A stretch of DNA of 64,000 nt from an uncultured Methanosarcinales archaeon (GTDB taxonomy: Archaea; Halobacteriota; Methanosarcinia; Methanotrichales; Methanotrichaceae): NCBI GenBank assembly GCA_963843555.1, contig CAWJKV010000014.1, forward strand, positions 64,001-128,000. The letters are read 5' to 3'. The notes under the pieces were generated by a model, which saw nothing but the letters and a program-made list of their open reading frames with translations, was not told where the DNA came from and did not search any database. The position numbers were made by a program, and so were the translations under genes. This document shows, one piece after another, positions 51,701-62,005 of this stretch. Positions within the stretch are counted from its first letter, which is position 1. Each line of letters begins with the position of its first letter.

Positions 51701-52653
51701 ACTACGGCTGGGTCGCAGCTTCCATCAACGTCGCAGATCTTGTAATTAAAGGTGTCTACGCCGCTCCAGCCTGCTCCAGGCGTGTAGGTGTATGTGCCAT
51801 CTGCAGTTATGGTCACCGTACCGTGTGCAGCGCCGCCATTTGCGCCAACCAGCGACCAGACGTTTCCGCCGTCACTGGAGGGTATATCGTTGCCTGTTGC
51901 GCTTGCGGTTACAGGTACATCTTCAGGTGTGGTGATTGCGTCGTCGTTTGCTACAGGTACACTGACGCGCACGATCTTGCCCACAAGATATCCCTCGTTA
52001 GTCAGCCCTTCTTGAGTTATGAAATCTGTCTTTAGACTGCCTGAAGGGCATACATCCTTGATACCCACGATTTGCAGGGTGTATGTGTCACTGCCGATGG
52101 TGAAGACCTGATTGGCAGGGGGGATCGCAGGCCATGATATTTTGTCCGGACACGGAACTGAGCACGGGCTATATGCGCATCTTGAACATGTCCCGCTGTT
52201 GGTTGTTTCGTCAATAGCCATATTATAAGTGAAGAAAACATCGCCTATTGACGGATTGGTGAAGTGCATTTTGACCTTCAGAGTAGCTCCACTGGCCGCA
52301 TCAGTGATCGGATAGTTGAAATGAGTAAGCTTTCCCAGGCAGAATTCCTGCCCAAAGGTGGAGCTGACAGACTGCCCATCAAAGCGCAATCCGCTCTTAT
52401 AAGTCTCTGCTGGGATGCCCCAGCGAACCTCCAGAGTGTTAATTCCTGTGACACCAGAGCCACCATTTACCGCCGTCCAGACACCAGAAGAGCTTGCCTG
52501 AACAGCCTGCCCCATGGCCGGGCCGATACTGATAGCAGCCAGAATGAATATAATGGCCACTATCATAATTCTTAAATGATTCTTTCCTCCTGTTACAGGA
52601 GCCTTTAAACGAGTGCATCTCGAATTTTCTTTTGGTCTGATTTTGTCTTTCAT
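48790..52653 (-). CDS. Large cell-surface adhesin-like protein with tandem Ig-like (Big_9/cadherin-like) repeats
   Basis: Signal peptide; choice-of-anchor-K-like N-terminal domain; about 11 repeats PVANDD..TPED..GTYTYTP..DSFTYKICD. Confidence 0.88.
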   Translation of the reverse strand: MKDKIRPKENSRCTRLKAPVTGGKNHLRIMIVAIIFILAAISIGPAMGQAVQASSSGVWTAVNGGSGVTGINTLEVRWGIPAETYKSGLRFDGQSVSSTFGQEFCLGKLTHFNYPITDAASGATLKVKMHFTNPSIGDVFFTYNMAIDETTNSGTCSRCAYSPCSVPCPDKISWPAIPPANQVFTIGSDTYTLQIVGIKDVCPSGSLKTDFITQEGLTNEGYLVGKIVRVSVPVANDDAITTPEDVPVTASATGNDIPSSDGGNVWSLVGANGGAAHGTVTITADGTYTYTPGAGWSGVDTFNYKICDVDGSCDPAVVTVTVTPVNDLPVANDDSVTTPEDTPVTASVTGNDQQTGEGVHTWSKLTDPAHGTVVFNSDGTYTYTPAANWNGQDSFTYKICDVDGDCDPATVTITVSSVDDIPIANDDAKATNEDTPVSGSVTGNDVLSGDGGNTWSKLTDPAHGTVVFNSDGTYTYTPAANWNGQDSFTYKICDVDGDCDPATVTITVSSVDDIPIANDDAKATNEDTPVSGSVTGNDVLSGDGGNTWSKLTDPAHGTVVFNSDGTYTYTPAANWNGQDSFTYKICDVDGDCDPATVTITVTSVDEMPVAEDDEVTTLEDTPVSDSVTGNDVLSGDGGNTWSKLTDPANGALVFNADGTYTYTPNADWSGIDSFTYKICDADDDCDEATVTITVTSVDEMPVAEDDEVTTPEDTPVSDSVTGNDVLSGDGGNTWSKLTDPANGGVVFNPDGTYTYTPNAGWSGIDSFTYKICDADDDCDEATVTITVTSVDEMPIAEDDEVTTPEDTPVSDSVTGNDVLSGDGGNTWSKLTDPANGGVVFNPDGTYTYTPEAGWSGIDSFTYEICDVDGDCEEATVTITVTPVNDCPVAVNDGYDAVEDQTLTVTADLGVLLNDEDEDSATLTVASFDATSVNGGTVALSGDGSFVYTPAADFCGDDTFTYKVTDGICESQDVGEVTIYVECVEDNICPVATDDEYDAIEDTPLNVPVDTGVLDNDEDANVGDTLTVASFDTTSVNGGTVALSTDGSFVYTPAADFCGDDTFTYKVTDGKCTPESQDVGTVTIYVECVEDNACPVATDDEYGVIYGKLLVVGVADSILLNDEDDDGDSLIAEQFAGPSHGTLTPNPDGSFSYKPATGFTGIDTFTYKAFDGECPSDPATVTVRVAKCPWSIVNELYSGQCGVQKVVPASEGILANDAVATAVLNPGGITIDPKYGSIEVHEDGSFVFNPLPTIKTGTYVQFKYSATNGVCEARYQGIAKILVSCPCP
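50000..51960 (-). repeat. 279-bp (93-aa) tandem repeats, about 7 units
   Basis: Shadow ORFs recur at 50114, 50393, 50672, 50951, 51230 and 51788; neighbouring units are nearly identical. Confidence 0.9.
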
Positions 52654-53384
52654 ATCAACACACCTCAAAATCTCCTTGATATTTTTTTACCAATTTCCAT
52701 TATTCAAATCCTTTAATTCTAAATCTAAAATATTTCTATTTCATCACCTCTGCGGTCTTTCAGCCAACTTCAGGATTATGCCTCCATTGAGCTCAGCTAG
52801 TGCATCATCTTCCAATTCATATATAGATATCGCCAAAATTCATACATTTTGTAAGAACTTAAGATAAACATTTGTGTTAAGAGGTATAATAAATATGAAT
52901 CTTAACTCAGAATTGAATGTCTGATTCGTTTTGGTCAAACTATCTGGAATGTTCGCCGCTGTGAAAATCTATATCATCTGTATATCAAAGTACCTTAAAT
53001 CCAAAAAAGTCAGATGTTATTGGATCTGAACATTTGAGCCTTCAGATATATTATTAGAGCGATATGCAAATGTTGTCCTCGGTCCTGCATCTGAATTCCT
53101 TCAAGGGGGAATCTGCTCGCGCATTCATTGAAGAGGTTGCCGATATCTAGCAGTCCAACGATCCTTCCCGTCTGATATACCTTGAGCCGCGCTCAGGGTG
53201 GCTTCGGATGGAGGCACCACAAGAATATTGTTCTTCACCGTTCTGTTTGAATTCGTGCGTTAGCCTGGGATAGTGCACCCTATTTCTGGACCGCATTCCA
53301 TCCGTATGCGTCCACCCTGCAACACAATAGTCCTTGATATGGCAAGTCCAATCGATGTACATTATCAACAAAACGGCGTGATAT

Positions 53385-53525
53385 CTACCCCAGCGCCCTT
53401 ATCGTTCCTGAGACAGTATTATACAACTCCATCCACTTCGCGTCCTCTCCTGGTGAATGGAGTTCTAATTCATTTAGGACCACATTCGCTAATCCTGATG
53501 TGGGCCATAATAGCGGGCAGCAGTA
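53385..53525 (-). pseudogene. Lamin-tail domain gene remnant
   Basis: SGLANVVLNELELHSPGEDAKWMELYNT resembles ASVVINEVEQNPAG..WFELFNN of 5359-5823; premature stop. Confidence 0.5.
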
Positions 53526-53564
53526 AGGCGATTTAAGATGAGCTTGATATATTTTGAGAGACGA

Positions 53565-54200
53565 TCAATCAATTACTATCCATCTATTTCTATTGCAGCC
53601 CAGACATAAGCCCATCTCTTTAGCCTTATCGTAGGTATCATTGGCTTCTGAGGTCTCACCAAGCAATTTGAGGGCCCTTCCTTTATTATTATAAGCAGAG
53701 ACCTCATCAGGATCGAGCTGCATGACTCTGTCAAACGCCTGTACGGCTTCCTCATAATTGCCCTGAATGGCGAGAATGACACCTTTGTTGTTCCAGGCAG
53801 CTGCATATTTTGGATCCTGCTGGATGGCTTCGTTGAACGCCTGCAAGGCATCATCATATTTGCTCATTATCTCATAAGATTTGGCCTGATTCTTAAGGGC
53901 AATTCCTTTTTTGTTCCAGGCGGAGGCATTACCAGGATCCAGCTCGAGAACCCTATCATAAGCCTTTATTGCCTCATCATATTTGCTCTGAGAATTAAGA
54001 ACCATCCCTTTATTGTTCCAGGCCGCCACATATTTTGGATTAAGCTCAATAGCTTTATCATAAGCAGCAATGGCGTCAGTATAATTCCTTTGATCAGCGA
54101 GAACAACGCCTTCATTAAACCAATCTTCGGCAGTTATTTGGCCAAATGCAGAGGTACATAATATCCAAAAAACCATCGAACCAATTGCTAATTTGATCAT
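53565..54200 (-). CDS. Exported TPR protein
   Basis: GQITAEDWFNEG; repeated AAWNNKG motifs. Confidence 0.88.
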   Translation of the reverse strand: MIKLAIGSMVFWILCTSAFGQITAEDWFNEGVVLADQRNYTDAIAAYDKAIELNPKYVAAWNNKGMVLNSQSKYDEAIKAYDRVLELDPGNASAWNKKGIALKNQAKSYEIMSKYDDALQAFNEAIQQDPKYAAAWNNKGVILAIQGNYEEAVQAFDRVMQLDPDEVSAYNNKGRALKLLGETSEANDTYDKAKEMGLCLGCNRNRWIVID

Positions 54201-54652
54201 TTTGATATCCCCTGGAGAACATCCCCCTGAATAATATAAGAATTTTGTGGTTCTCTCATCAGCAGATTGCCATGTGGAGAGCTGTTCGGCCAAGCTCATG
54301 CCAGTATTGAACTTGTGAATAAAAGCGAACAGACCTATTCAGGGTCTTTCCAAACTCAAAAGAAGATTAAGTTCGATGTTTCTCCCACAATTTAACCACA
54401 AAGAGCCCCTGATCCTTAGGCAGGGATCATGCCCAAAGCATGAAAAATCAGTATTCCTTAAGAGTTTTTCATGTGGAGACGCAAACGCAATCGCACATAA
54501 GACTTTGGAAAAACTGTTGGATTCCTGCGCCCAAGCGCATGAACCCAAGCAAAACAGCGATGAGCCATCTAATTGATGTTGCTAACGCATCGTCTGTAAA
54601 CTCATTATCTGCTCATAGGTTTTTGCTCAATCCATTGCACGTCGCCGAACCT

Positions 54653-55429
54653 TTACATAATGGAGCCAGAGTATGAAGAGCTGGATGATCCGCCCATGGA
54701 TCCACCGCCAGATGACATGCTGGTGGATGTTGAGGAGCTAATTCTCCCGCTTGATCCCTGAGATCCAGAAAGCTGGACAGGCATGGCGGTAGCGGCTGAC
54801 GGGTTCGTGGCTGCACTTACGCTGGGCTCAGCTACTGAGACAGCAGATTGGGGCTTGAAAACATTTGATGAGACCGAGAATGTGACCTCTCCTGACCGGC
54901 TGCTCCCATCGGTCTCATGAACAGTATACGTACCCGTAGACAAGGCGGATAATGACAGATTGAGCTCATACAGGTCCGTAGTGCCAACTGGCATCACGAC
55001 TACCCTTAGCTTATCCCCGGATATTGAGCCGTTGGCGGTGGCATTTTCTGTTTCATTGCCTCTATTTATAACTCCCCGACCCATTACCACGCCCTCCTTC
55101 TGGATCAGATAAAGTTCCATTTGCTCAGGGGCTTCGCCATTGAGATCCAAGGACCAGGTGCCGGTCACGTTTACATTATCCATAGAATTGACCGCATCTG
55201 CTTCCGTCTGAGGTGCGACTGAAAAAGACGATTTTTGGCTGTCCGGTTCATTGAGTGGATTTGATCCCGTTATCACTCCCGCATTCCTGGCTTCTTGAAG
55301 GAGCTCCTGGGACAAGGGCATGGACATGGATTCTCCCAGCTGGCTGGGACTGAGCGGGTCGCCTGCCCCTGCCGATACCAGGAAGAAAGCTATAATCGTC
55401 ATGCTAAGTAATAATTTTTGGTATATCAT
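54653..55429 (-). CDS. Secreted hypothetical protein with Ser-rich tail
   Basis: SD GGAGAGG, signal peptide; paralogous domain to 47961-48677. Confidence 0.7.
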   Translation of the reverse strand: MIYQKLLLSMTIIAFFLVSAGAGDPLSPSQLGESMSMPLSQELLQEARNAGVITGSNPLNEPDSQKSSFSVAPQTEADAVNSMDNVNVTGTWSLDLNGEAPEQMELYLIQKEGVVMGRGVINRGNETENATANGSISGDKLRVVVMPVGTTDLYELNLSLSALSTGTYTVHETDGSSRSGEVTFSVSSNVFKPQSAVSVAEPSVSAATNPSAATAMPVQLSGSQGSSGRISSSTSTSMSSGGGSMGGSSSSSYSGSIM

Positions 55430-55730
55430 ATCAACCTCTCCTGGATCCAACTTATGAGTGCCCATTGCTCCTGGTTGAACCTCGACCTTAGAAGCCAAGA
55501 ACACTCCCTTGTGCGTCTAATGCACAGATCCTCAGAATCCAACTATCCTCATCCTTTGTTACTATATGACGATTTCGGTTTAGCCAAATGTCGAAGCCCG
55601 GAAGCCTCTGTGACCATAGTAACTGATCAGTCCTGCATTTCTGGCATGGTCCTTGTTCTGGTTTCCGTTTCCGCTGAACGCTTTTTCGAGGTTCTTGGCC
55701 AATTCATCTCTCCGCCGGGAAGGTAGATCG

Positions 55731-56249
55731 TCACCACTTTTCACAGGCCACGATCTCTCCCAGCCTCTTGCGTGGCCTGGCAGCAGGGGTCTCCGCCGGA
55801 TAGCCCATGGTGAGCATCACAACCACCCGGATATTTTCTGGGATCCCCAGGATCTGTTTGACCTGGTCTTCATAGAAGGCTCCAATCCAGCAGCTTCCCA
55901 GGCCCAGACCAGTAGCCATCAAGCTCATGTGGTCCACAGCTATAGTCACATCAATTGGATAGCATTGCTGGCCGCAAGTCATGACGTATTCCGTCTCTGT
56001 TCCGCAGGCGGCGATGATTACCGGTGCCTGAGCTACAAATGGCTGGCCTCTGGCGGCTCTCGATAGCTCTTGCCGCTTATCTTTATCCTGGACTACGACA
56101 AACCTCCAGTCCTGGAGGTTACGGGCCGAAGGAGCCAGCCTTCCTGCTTCCAGAATACGGTTGAGTTTATCCTTTTCCACCGGGCGGTCCTGATAAGAGC
56201 GGATGCTCCTCCTTGACCTGATAGCTTCCATGATATCCACGATCGGCAC
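55731..56249 (-). CDS. Nitroreductase family protein
   Basis: RRSIRSY, APSARNLQDW, GLGSCWIG. Confidence 0.93.
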   Translation of the reverse strand: MPIVDIMEAIRSRRSIRSYQDRPVEKDKLNRILEAGRLAPSARNLQDWRFVVVQDKDKRQELSRAARGQPFVAQAPVIIAACGTETEYVMTCGQQCYPIDVTIAVDHMSLMATGLGLGSCWIGAFYEDQVKQILGIPENIRVVVMLTMGYPAETPAARPRKRLGEIVACEKW

Positions 56250-56641
56250 CTCACTTCTTGCTTTGGTCTCTTGATAGATATAAGCTGATTTGGCGAAGAG
56301 CCTACCTCACCTCCTCGACAGGTTGGTCAGCCATGAATGCAAATCCGCCAGCACATTTCTCCAATTGGTCCCAGTTGAGTGCTAATGGGCAGGATGCCGT
56401 TCTCAATCTCATGTTCGGGCCCTTCGAAGGGGATTGCGGACCCGCAAGATGCCGTTCTGGCCGGGTATATGATTAAGGGGGGAGAGATGAATCCAATATC
56501 TTCAATGGATTGGGAAAAGCGGAAAAGAGCCACCGAACTGCCAGAGCCAATGGCTTCTGCGAGTTATAGACCATTTTTGGAGTCGATATAAACTTGGTCA
56601 GAGCAAGAGAGAAATCGTCCACATCCAGTGTATTTTTTAAT

Positions 56642-56750
56642 ATTACCCCCGCAACTTCTTCCGGGTCCCGCGCGGTGAGACGCGCTTCTGTAACGGGGGT
56701 CCACTCCAGGCCGTGGCGGCCCCCCTAACCCCGCGTCCGCGGGGGATAAT
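56642..56750 (+). repeat. Dispersed GC-rich repeat, copy C, within a 109-nt stem-closed structure
   Basis: CCGCGCGGTGAGACGCGC core; terminal stem ATTACCCCCGC/GCGGGGGATAAT. Confidence 0.55.
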
Positions 56751-56930
56751 CTATGAAGCTCTGCCCTTTATCCTTGAATGTTTTGAGAATGTCCCAGACC
56801 GACAGCCGTAGTGAGCCTTCAGAAAACCAGAGCGCAATTTGTCAGAGGGCGAGTTACACAGGACAAGGCTTGTGACACTTCAAATGATTTCCTTACTCAT
56901 CGACGCTTGTCGGAATAGCATACCACAATC

Positions 56931-56963
56931 TTTATTAACCTGACGTTACTAACTCAAAGTTTA
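56931..56963 (+). promoter_or_regulatory. TATA box with two tandem HSR1-type heat-shock operator boxes
   Basis: TTAAC-CTGAC-GTTAC (56935-56949) and CTAAC-TCAAA-GTTTA (56949-56963) versus the CTAAC-N5-GTTAG consensus; TATA TTTATTAA at 56931-56938. Confidence 0.65.
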
Positions 56964-56976
56964 ATAACTATTCCGA

Positions 56977-57618
56977 GTGATGACATTGGATCCTGTTGAG
57001 CTCCTGGACATTCTGGGAAATGAAAATCGGAGGCGTATCCTCCAGCTTCTCTCCTTCCGTCCCTTTTACTTCAATGAGATGGCTAAAAGGCTGGATGTGG
57101 GGCCCAAGGCGGTCATCGACCATCTGGAGATGCTGGAGCGGGCCGGGCTGGTGGAATGCTATCAGGATCAGGGACGGAGAAAATACTTCCGCATAGCCCG
57201 AAAGACGATCCTTGAGGTAGCAGTCTCGCCGCACTCCTATGGTGTCCGAGCCTATCTTTCTGAAGATGCGCCAAAGGTAGAATATACCGGACCAGAAGAC
57301 GCAGGACCTATTCATGATATGAAGCTGCTCCGGGATGAGCTCACTCTCCTGGAGGATAAACGCCGCGAACTGCGCGGGCTCCTCTCTGAGATCGAGTCCC
57401 GTGAGATGGAGATCAAACAGATAGCATCCGGTGCTGCCGAGGTTTTTGCCGAAGACATGCTGGAGTCTGAGATCCTATCTGCATTGCTCTGCGGCGACGC
57501 GAAAGCCTCGGATCTGGCCATGAGGCTGGAGGTGCCGGAGATTGTAGTCCTGGACCGGCTGCAGAGATTGAAAGAGCGCGGCGCTGTGCATTTGAGAAGC
57601 CAGGAGTGGAGCATCTGA
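56977..57618 (+). CDS. HSR1/Phr-like heat-shock transcriptional repressor (ArsR-type HTH)
   Basis: [29 protein letters not shown]; coiled coil; directly upstream of cdc48. Confidence 0.85.
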   Translation: MMTLDPVELLDILGNENRRRILQLLSFRPFYFNEMAKRLDVGPKAVIDHLEMLERAGLVECYQDQGRRKYFRIARKTILEVAVSPHSYGVRAYLSEDAPKVEYTGPEDAGPIHDMKLLRDELTLLEDKRRELRGLLSEIESREMEIKQIASGAAEVFAEDMLESEILSALLCGDAKASDLAMRLEVPEIVVLDRLQRLKERGAVHLRSQEWSI

Positions 57619-59933
57619 CACCCCATACAGCAGTACAGAACGAGACGGAGACCGGGACCGTCCAGGATACAGAGACAAAAGAGCCTGTGCAGGATACAAA
57701 AGTACATGCTGAAGTGCATCCAGAAGTGCAAACAGAAGCGCATGCCCAGGATGCAAATGAGCTCGCCAAAGAGGATTCCCTGCAGCTTCGCGTGGCCGAG
57801 GCTTATCATAAAGATGCAGGAAAAGGCGTGGCTAGGATCGGCACGACTGCACTAGCCAGCCTGGGTGTGGAAAACGGCGGTGTGGTAGAGCTTAAAGGAA
57901 AAGACAAAGTCTATGCCATCGCCTGGCCCGGAACCCCGGATGACCCCCAGGATCTCATCAGAATCGACGGAAACACCAGAGCCAACCTGGGTTCAGGGAT
58001 TGACACAAAGGTGCAGGTCTCGCGCGCCCTGGCCAGGCCAGCCAGGAAGATAGTAGTCGCTCCCACGCGCCAGATCCGGCTCATGGGCGGGGCCCAGTAT
58101 CTGCTGCGCATGCTTCAAGGAAGGGCGGTCGTAAAGGGGGAGATGCTGCGCATAGAGATGATCAACAACAGCCTCAACCTTGCTGTGGTCAGCACACTGC
58201 CAGCCGGCCCGGTGCTCATAACTCAAGAGACCATCATCAGCATCACCAGGGAGACACTGGAAGAGCTGGAACTGCATGTAAGAGAGATCTCCTACGAGGA
58301 CATCGGCGGCCTCTCCCGGGAGATCAGGGAGATCAGGGAGATGATCGAGGTTCCCCTGCGCCATCCCGAGCTCTTCAGCCGCCTGGGCATCAACCCGCCC
58401 AGCGGAGTCCTCTTGCACGGCCCTCCGGGAACCGGCAAGACGCTCATCGCGAGAGCAGTGGCAAGCGAGACCGACGCCAACTTCATCTCCATCTCCGGTC
58501 CCGAGATCGTCTCCAAGTTCTATGGAGAGAGCGAGCAGCGGCTGCGCCAGATCTTCGAGGAAGCAGCGAAGACTGCCCCGTCCATCATCTTCATCGATGA
58601 GATCGACTCCATCGCCCCTAAACGGGAGGAGGTATCCGGCGACCTGGAAAGGCGCGTCGTGGCTCAGCTCCTGGCGCTCATGGACGGCCTCTCTTCCCGT
58701 GGAGAGGTGATAGTGATAGCCGCCACCAACCGGCCCAACGCCCTCGACCCAGCTATTCGCAGAGGCGGTCGCTTCGATCGGGAGATTGAGATCGGCATCC
58801 CTAACAAAAACGGCCGGCTGGAGGTGCTTTATGTCCATACAAGGGGCATGCCCTTGGACGAATCCCTGGACCTGAAAGAGATCGCAGATTCGACGCATGG
58901 CTTCGTGGGCGCAGACCTTTACTCTCTCTGCAAAGAGGCAGCCATGCGAACTCTGGAGAGGGCGCTGCCCGATCTGGATGTCCAGGAGGACATACCAATG
59001 CAGGTGTTGGAGGACCTCCGGGTCACAGAAGAGGACTTCAGAGCCGCTCTGAAGAAGATCGAGCCCTCTGCCATGAGAGAGGTCTTCGTCGAGGTGGCCG
59101 AGGTCCATTGGGATGAAGTGGGCGGCCTGGAGGAGGCCAAGCAGTCTCTGGTCGAGGCGGTGGAGTGGCCGCTCAAGTATCCGGAGGCCTTCGCGTCAGT
59201 AGGGGTTCGCCCGCCCCGGGGCATCCTGCTCTACGGCCTGCCGGGAACGGGCAAGACGCTTCTGGTGAGGGCTCTGGCGACAGAGAGCAATGTGAACTTC
59301 ATCAGCGTCAAGGGCCCGGAAATGCTCAGCAAATGGGTAGGCGAATCCGAGCGCGCCGTAAGAGAGATCTTTCGCAAAGCTCGCCAGGCAGCACCCGCGC
59401 TCGTCTTCTTCGATGAGATAGACTCAATAATTCCGGCCCGCGGAAGCGGCTCGGACTCAATGGTCACAGAGCGGGTGGTCAGCCAGTTCCTGACAGAGAT
59501 GGATGGGCTGGTGGAGCTCAAAGACGTGGTGATCATAGCCGCTACCAACCGGCCTGACCTGCTGGACAGCTCAATGCTCCGGCCGGGCAGATTCGATCGT
59601 TTAATTTATATTCCCATGCCGGATAAGGACGCAAGGAAAAGAATACTTGAGATTCATCTCTCTGGAATGGCGGTTTCCGAAGTCTCGCCGCAATGGCTGG
59701 CGGAGATCACTGAAGACTTCAGCGGTGCCGACCTGGAGATGCTCTGCCGGGAGGCGGGAATGCTTGCTTTGCGAGAGCATATTCGACCCGGCGTGAAAAG
59801 AGAAGAATTGATAATTGATAAAATCATGGTTACAAAGGAACATTTCCAGGAAGCTACTGTGCACATCAAGCCACATCTCTCCAAAAGCATTCTGGAAGAA
59901 TATTCAAAGATGCTCCAGGGTTTCAATGCCTAA
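57606..59933 (+). CDS. cdc48: CDC48/VAT family AAA ATPase
   Basis: N-domain plus two AAA modules ([30 protein letters not shown]). Confidence 0.96.
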   Translation: MEHLTPHTAVQNETETGTVQDTETKEPVQDTKVHAEVHPEVQTEAHAQDANELAKEDSLQLRVAEAYHKDAGKGVARIGTTALASLGVENGGVVELKGKDKVYAIAWPGTPDDPQDLIRIDGNTRANLGSGIDTKVQVSRALARPARKIVVAPTRQIRLMGGAQYLLRMLQGRAVVKGEMLRIEMINNSLNLAVVSTLPAGPVLITQETIISITRETLEELELHVREISYEDIGGLSREIREIREMIEVPLRHPELFSRLGINPPSGVLLHGPPGTGKTLIARAVASETDANFISISGPEIVSKFYGESEQRLRQIFEEAAKTAPSIIFIDEIDSIAPKREEVSGDLERRVVAQLLALMDGLSSRGEVIVIAATNRPNALDPAIRRGGRFDREIEIGIPNKNGRLEVLYVHTRGMPLDESLDLKEIADSTHGFVGADLYSLCKEAAMRTLERALPDLDVQEDIPMQVLEDLRVTEEDFRAALKKIEPSAMREVFVEVAEVHWDEVGGLEEAKQSLVEAVEWPLKYPEAFASVGVRPPRGILLYGLPGTGKTLLVRALATESNVNFISVKGPEMLSKWVGESERAVREIFRKARQAAPALVFFDEIDSIIPARGSGSDSMVTERVVSQFLTEMDGLVELKDVVIIAATNRPDLLDSSMLRPGRFDRLIYIPMPDKDARKRILEIHLSGMAVSEVSPQWLAEITEDFSGADLEMLCREAGMLALREHIRPGVKREELIIDKIMVTKEHFQEATVHIKPHLSKSILEEYSKMLQGFNA

Positions 59934-60033
59934 CTTAGCAACAGAACTCCATGTGCAGAGAAATAAGAAATGGCAATAAAGAGAATGAATAAAAAATTGA
60001 TACAATTAAAGGCATCAGAGGACTACGAAGAAT

Positions 60034-62001
60034 ATGGATCCAAAGCAGCAGATATATAGTCAAGAACGACCAAAAGACAATATGAGGGCCGAAAAATTGA
60101 CTTTGGAAGACGGGTCGAAAGAGCTGCTTGGCGATATTGATTTTCAGGACACAAGCAGCATAACCGTGCCTGAGAGCCTCATTGATCAGGTGATCGGCCA
60201 GGAAGAAGCCGTTGAAGTGATCAAGAAGGCAGCGCGCCAAAGAAGGCATGTCATGCTCATCGGGTCGCCGGGAACAGGAAAATCCATGCTCGGTAAGGCC
60301 ATGAGCGAGCTTCTTCCTGTAGAGGAGCTACAGGATGTGCTGGTCTATTCCAATCCGGAGGACAACAATACCCCACGCATCCGCGTCGTGCCTGCCGGCA
60401 GGGGCAAGCAGATCGTCGATGCTCAGAAGATGGAGGCCAGAAAGAAGATCCAGACACGGAACATGTTCTTAATGCTCATAGTAATGGCTCTAATCGTTTA
60501 TGCTTACTACATGGGCCAGCTTCTCTTCGGCATCATAGCCGCAGCGCTTCTATTCATCTCCTTGCGCTACATGCTGCCCAAAGAGGATGCTATGGTTCCG
60601 AAGCTGCTGGTTGACAACAACAGCAAGAAAAAGGCGCCCTATGTCGATGCCACAGGAGCGCACGCAGGAGCCCTTCTGGGCGACGTCCGGCATGACCCCT
60701 TCCAGTCCGGTGGCCTGGAGACACCTTCTCACGAGCGAGTGGAATGCGGCGCCATTCATAAGGCCCACAAAGGCGTCCTCTTCATTGACGAGGTAAACAC
60801 CCTGCGACCGGAATCGCAGCAAAGCCTGCTCACAGCTCTGCAGGAGGGCGAGTATCCTATCACCGGCCAGAGCGAACGCAGCTCGGGTGCCCTGGTCAGA
60901 ACGGAGCCCGTGCCCTGTAACTTTATCATGATAGCAGCCGGAAATCTGGATGCTGTGCAAGGAATGCATCCGGCCTTGAGGTCGCGCATAAAAGGCTACG
61001 GGTATGAGGTCTACATGCGGGATACCATGGACGACACCCTGGAGAATAGAAATAAGCTCATCAGATTCGTGGCCCAGGAGATCGTAAGGGATGGCAAAAT
61101 ACCGCACTTTACAAGGGATGCTGTAGCTGAGATCATGCGAGAAGCCAAGAGGAGGTCCGGCAGGAAAGGCCACCTCACATTGATGCTCCGCGATCTGGGC
61201 GGTTTGATCAGAGTTTCGGGAGATGTTGCCCGGGCCGAAAGTGCAAACCTGACCGAGACGAATCACGTCCTGCAGGCCAAGAAGATGGCCCGGTCGGTGG
61301 AACAGCAGCTCGCAGACAGGTACATGGAAAGGCGCAAGGATTACAGCATGTTCCACTCCACCGGAGATGAGGTGGGAAGAGTCAACGGTCTTGCCGTTAT
61401 GGGCGACTCCGGAATAGTGCTGCCCATCATGGCCGAGGTCACCCCAGCCCAGTCCAAAGAGGAAGGGAAGATCATAGCCACGGGGAAATTGCAGGAGATC
61501 GCCAGGGAAGCAGTGACGAATGTCTCCGTGCTCATCAAGAAGTTCCTGGGAGAAGACATCACCAACAAGGATGTTCATATCCAGTTCATCGGCACCTATG
61601 AGGGAGTGGAAGGCGACAGCGCCTCTATCTCCATCGCCACGGCGGTCATATCCGCTCTGGAAGGCGTGCCTGTGAAGCAGACGGTGGCCATGACCGGCTC
61701 ACTGTCAGTGCGAGGAGACGTCATGCCTGTGGGCGGAGTGACGCAAAAGATCGAGGCCGCAGCCCTCGCAGGCATCAAGACGGTGCTGATACCCAAATCC
61801 AATATGGGAGACGTGCTGATCGATGACGCCATCAAGGGCATGATTGAGATCATCCCGGTATCCAACATCAGCGAGGTCTTTGAGTACGCCATGGGCAGTC
61901 AGAGGACCAGGCTGATCGAGAAGCTGAAGAGGTTTGCCACAGAAAAGAAGATCGGCATCATTCTGCCCGAGACCATCCCAGCTCCCATCCGGAGCGTCTG
62001 A
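60034..62001 (+). CDS. lonB: Membrane-anchored ATP-dependent protease LonB
   Basis: GSPGTGKS, TM hairpin, GDVRHDPFQSGG, EGDSAS (catalytic Ser), VTQKIEAA. Confidence 0.96.
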   Translation: MDPKQQIYSQERPKDNMRAEKLTLEDGSKELLGDIDFQDTSSITVPESLIDQVIGQEEAVEVIKKAARQRRHVMLIGSPGTGKSMLGKAMSELLPVEELQDVLVYSNPEDNNTPRIRVVPAGRGKQIVDAQKMEARKKIQTRNMFLMLIVMALIVYAYYMGQLLFGIIAAALLFISLRYMLPKEDAMVPKLLVDNNSKKKAPYVDATGAHAGALLGDVRHDPFQSGGLETPSHERVECGAIHKAHKGVLFIDEVNTLRPESQQSLLTALQEGEYPITGQSERSSGALVRTEPVPCNFIMIAAGNLDAVQGMHPALRSRIKGYGYEVYMRDTMDDTLENRNKLIRFVAQEIVRDGKIPHFTRDAVAEIMREAKRRSGRKGHLTLMLRDLGGLIRVSGDVARAESANLTETNHVLQAKKMARSVEQQLADRYMERRKDYSMFHSTGDEVGRVNGLAVMGDSGIVLPIMAEVTPAQSKEEGKIIATGKLQEIAREAVTNVSVLIKKFLGEDITNKDVHIQFIGTYEGVEGDSASISIATAVISALEGVPVKQTVAMTGSLSVRGDVMPVGGVTQKIEAAALAGIKTVLIPKSNMGDVLIDDAIKGMIEIIPVSNISEVFEYAMGSQRTRLIEKLKRFATEKKIGIILPETIPAPIRSV

Positions 62002-62005
62002 CCAA

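Noticed and set aside
56660..56700. Cobalamin riboswitch
   Set aside because: Lacks the AGGGAA..GGTG.AA.TCC and GCCACTG/ACTGT elements in the right order.
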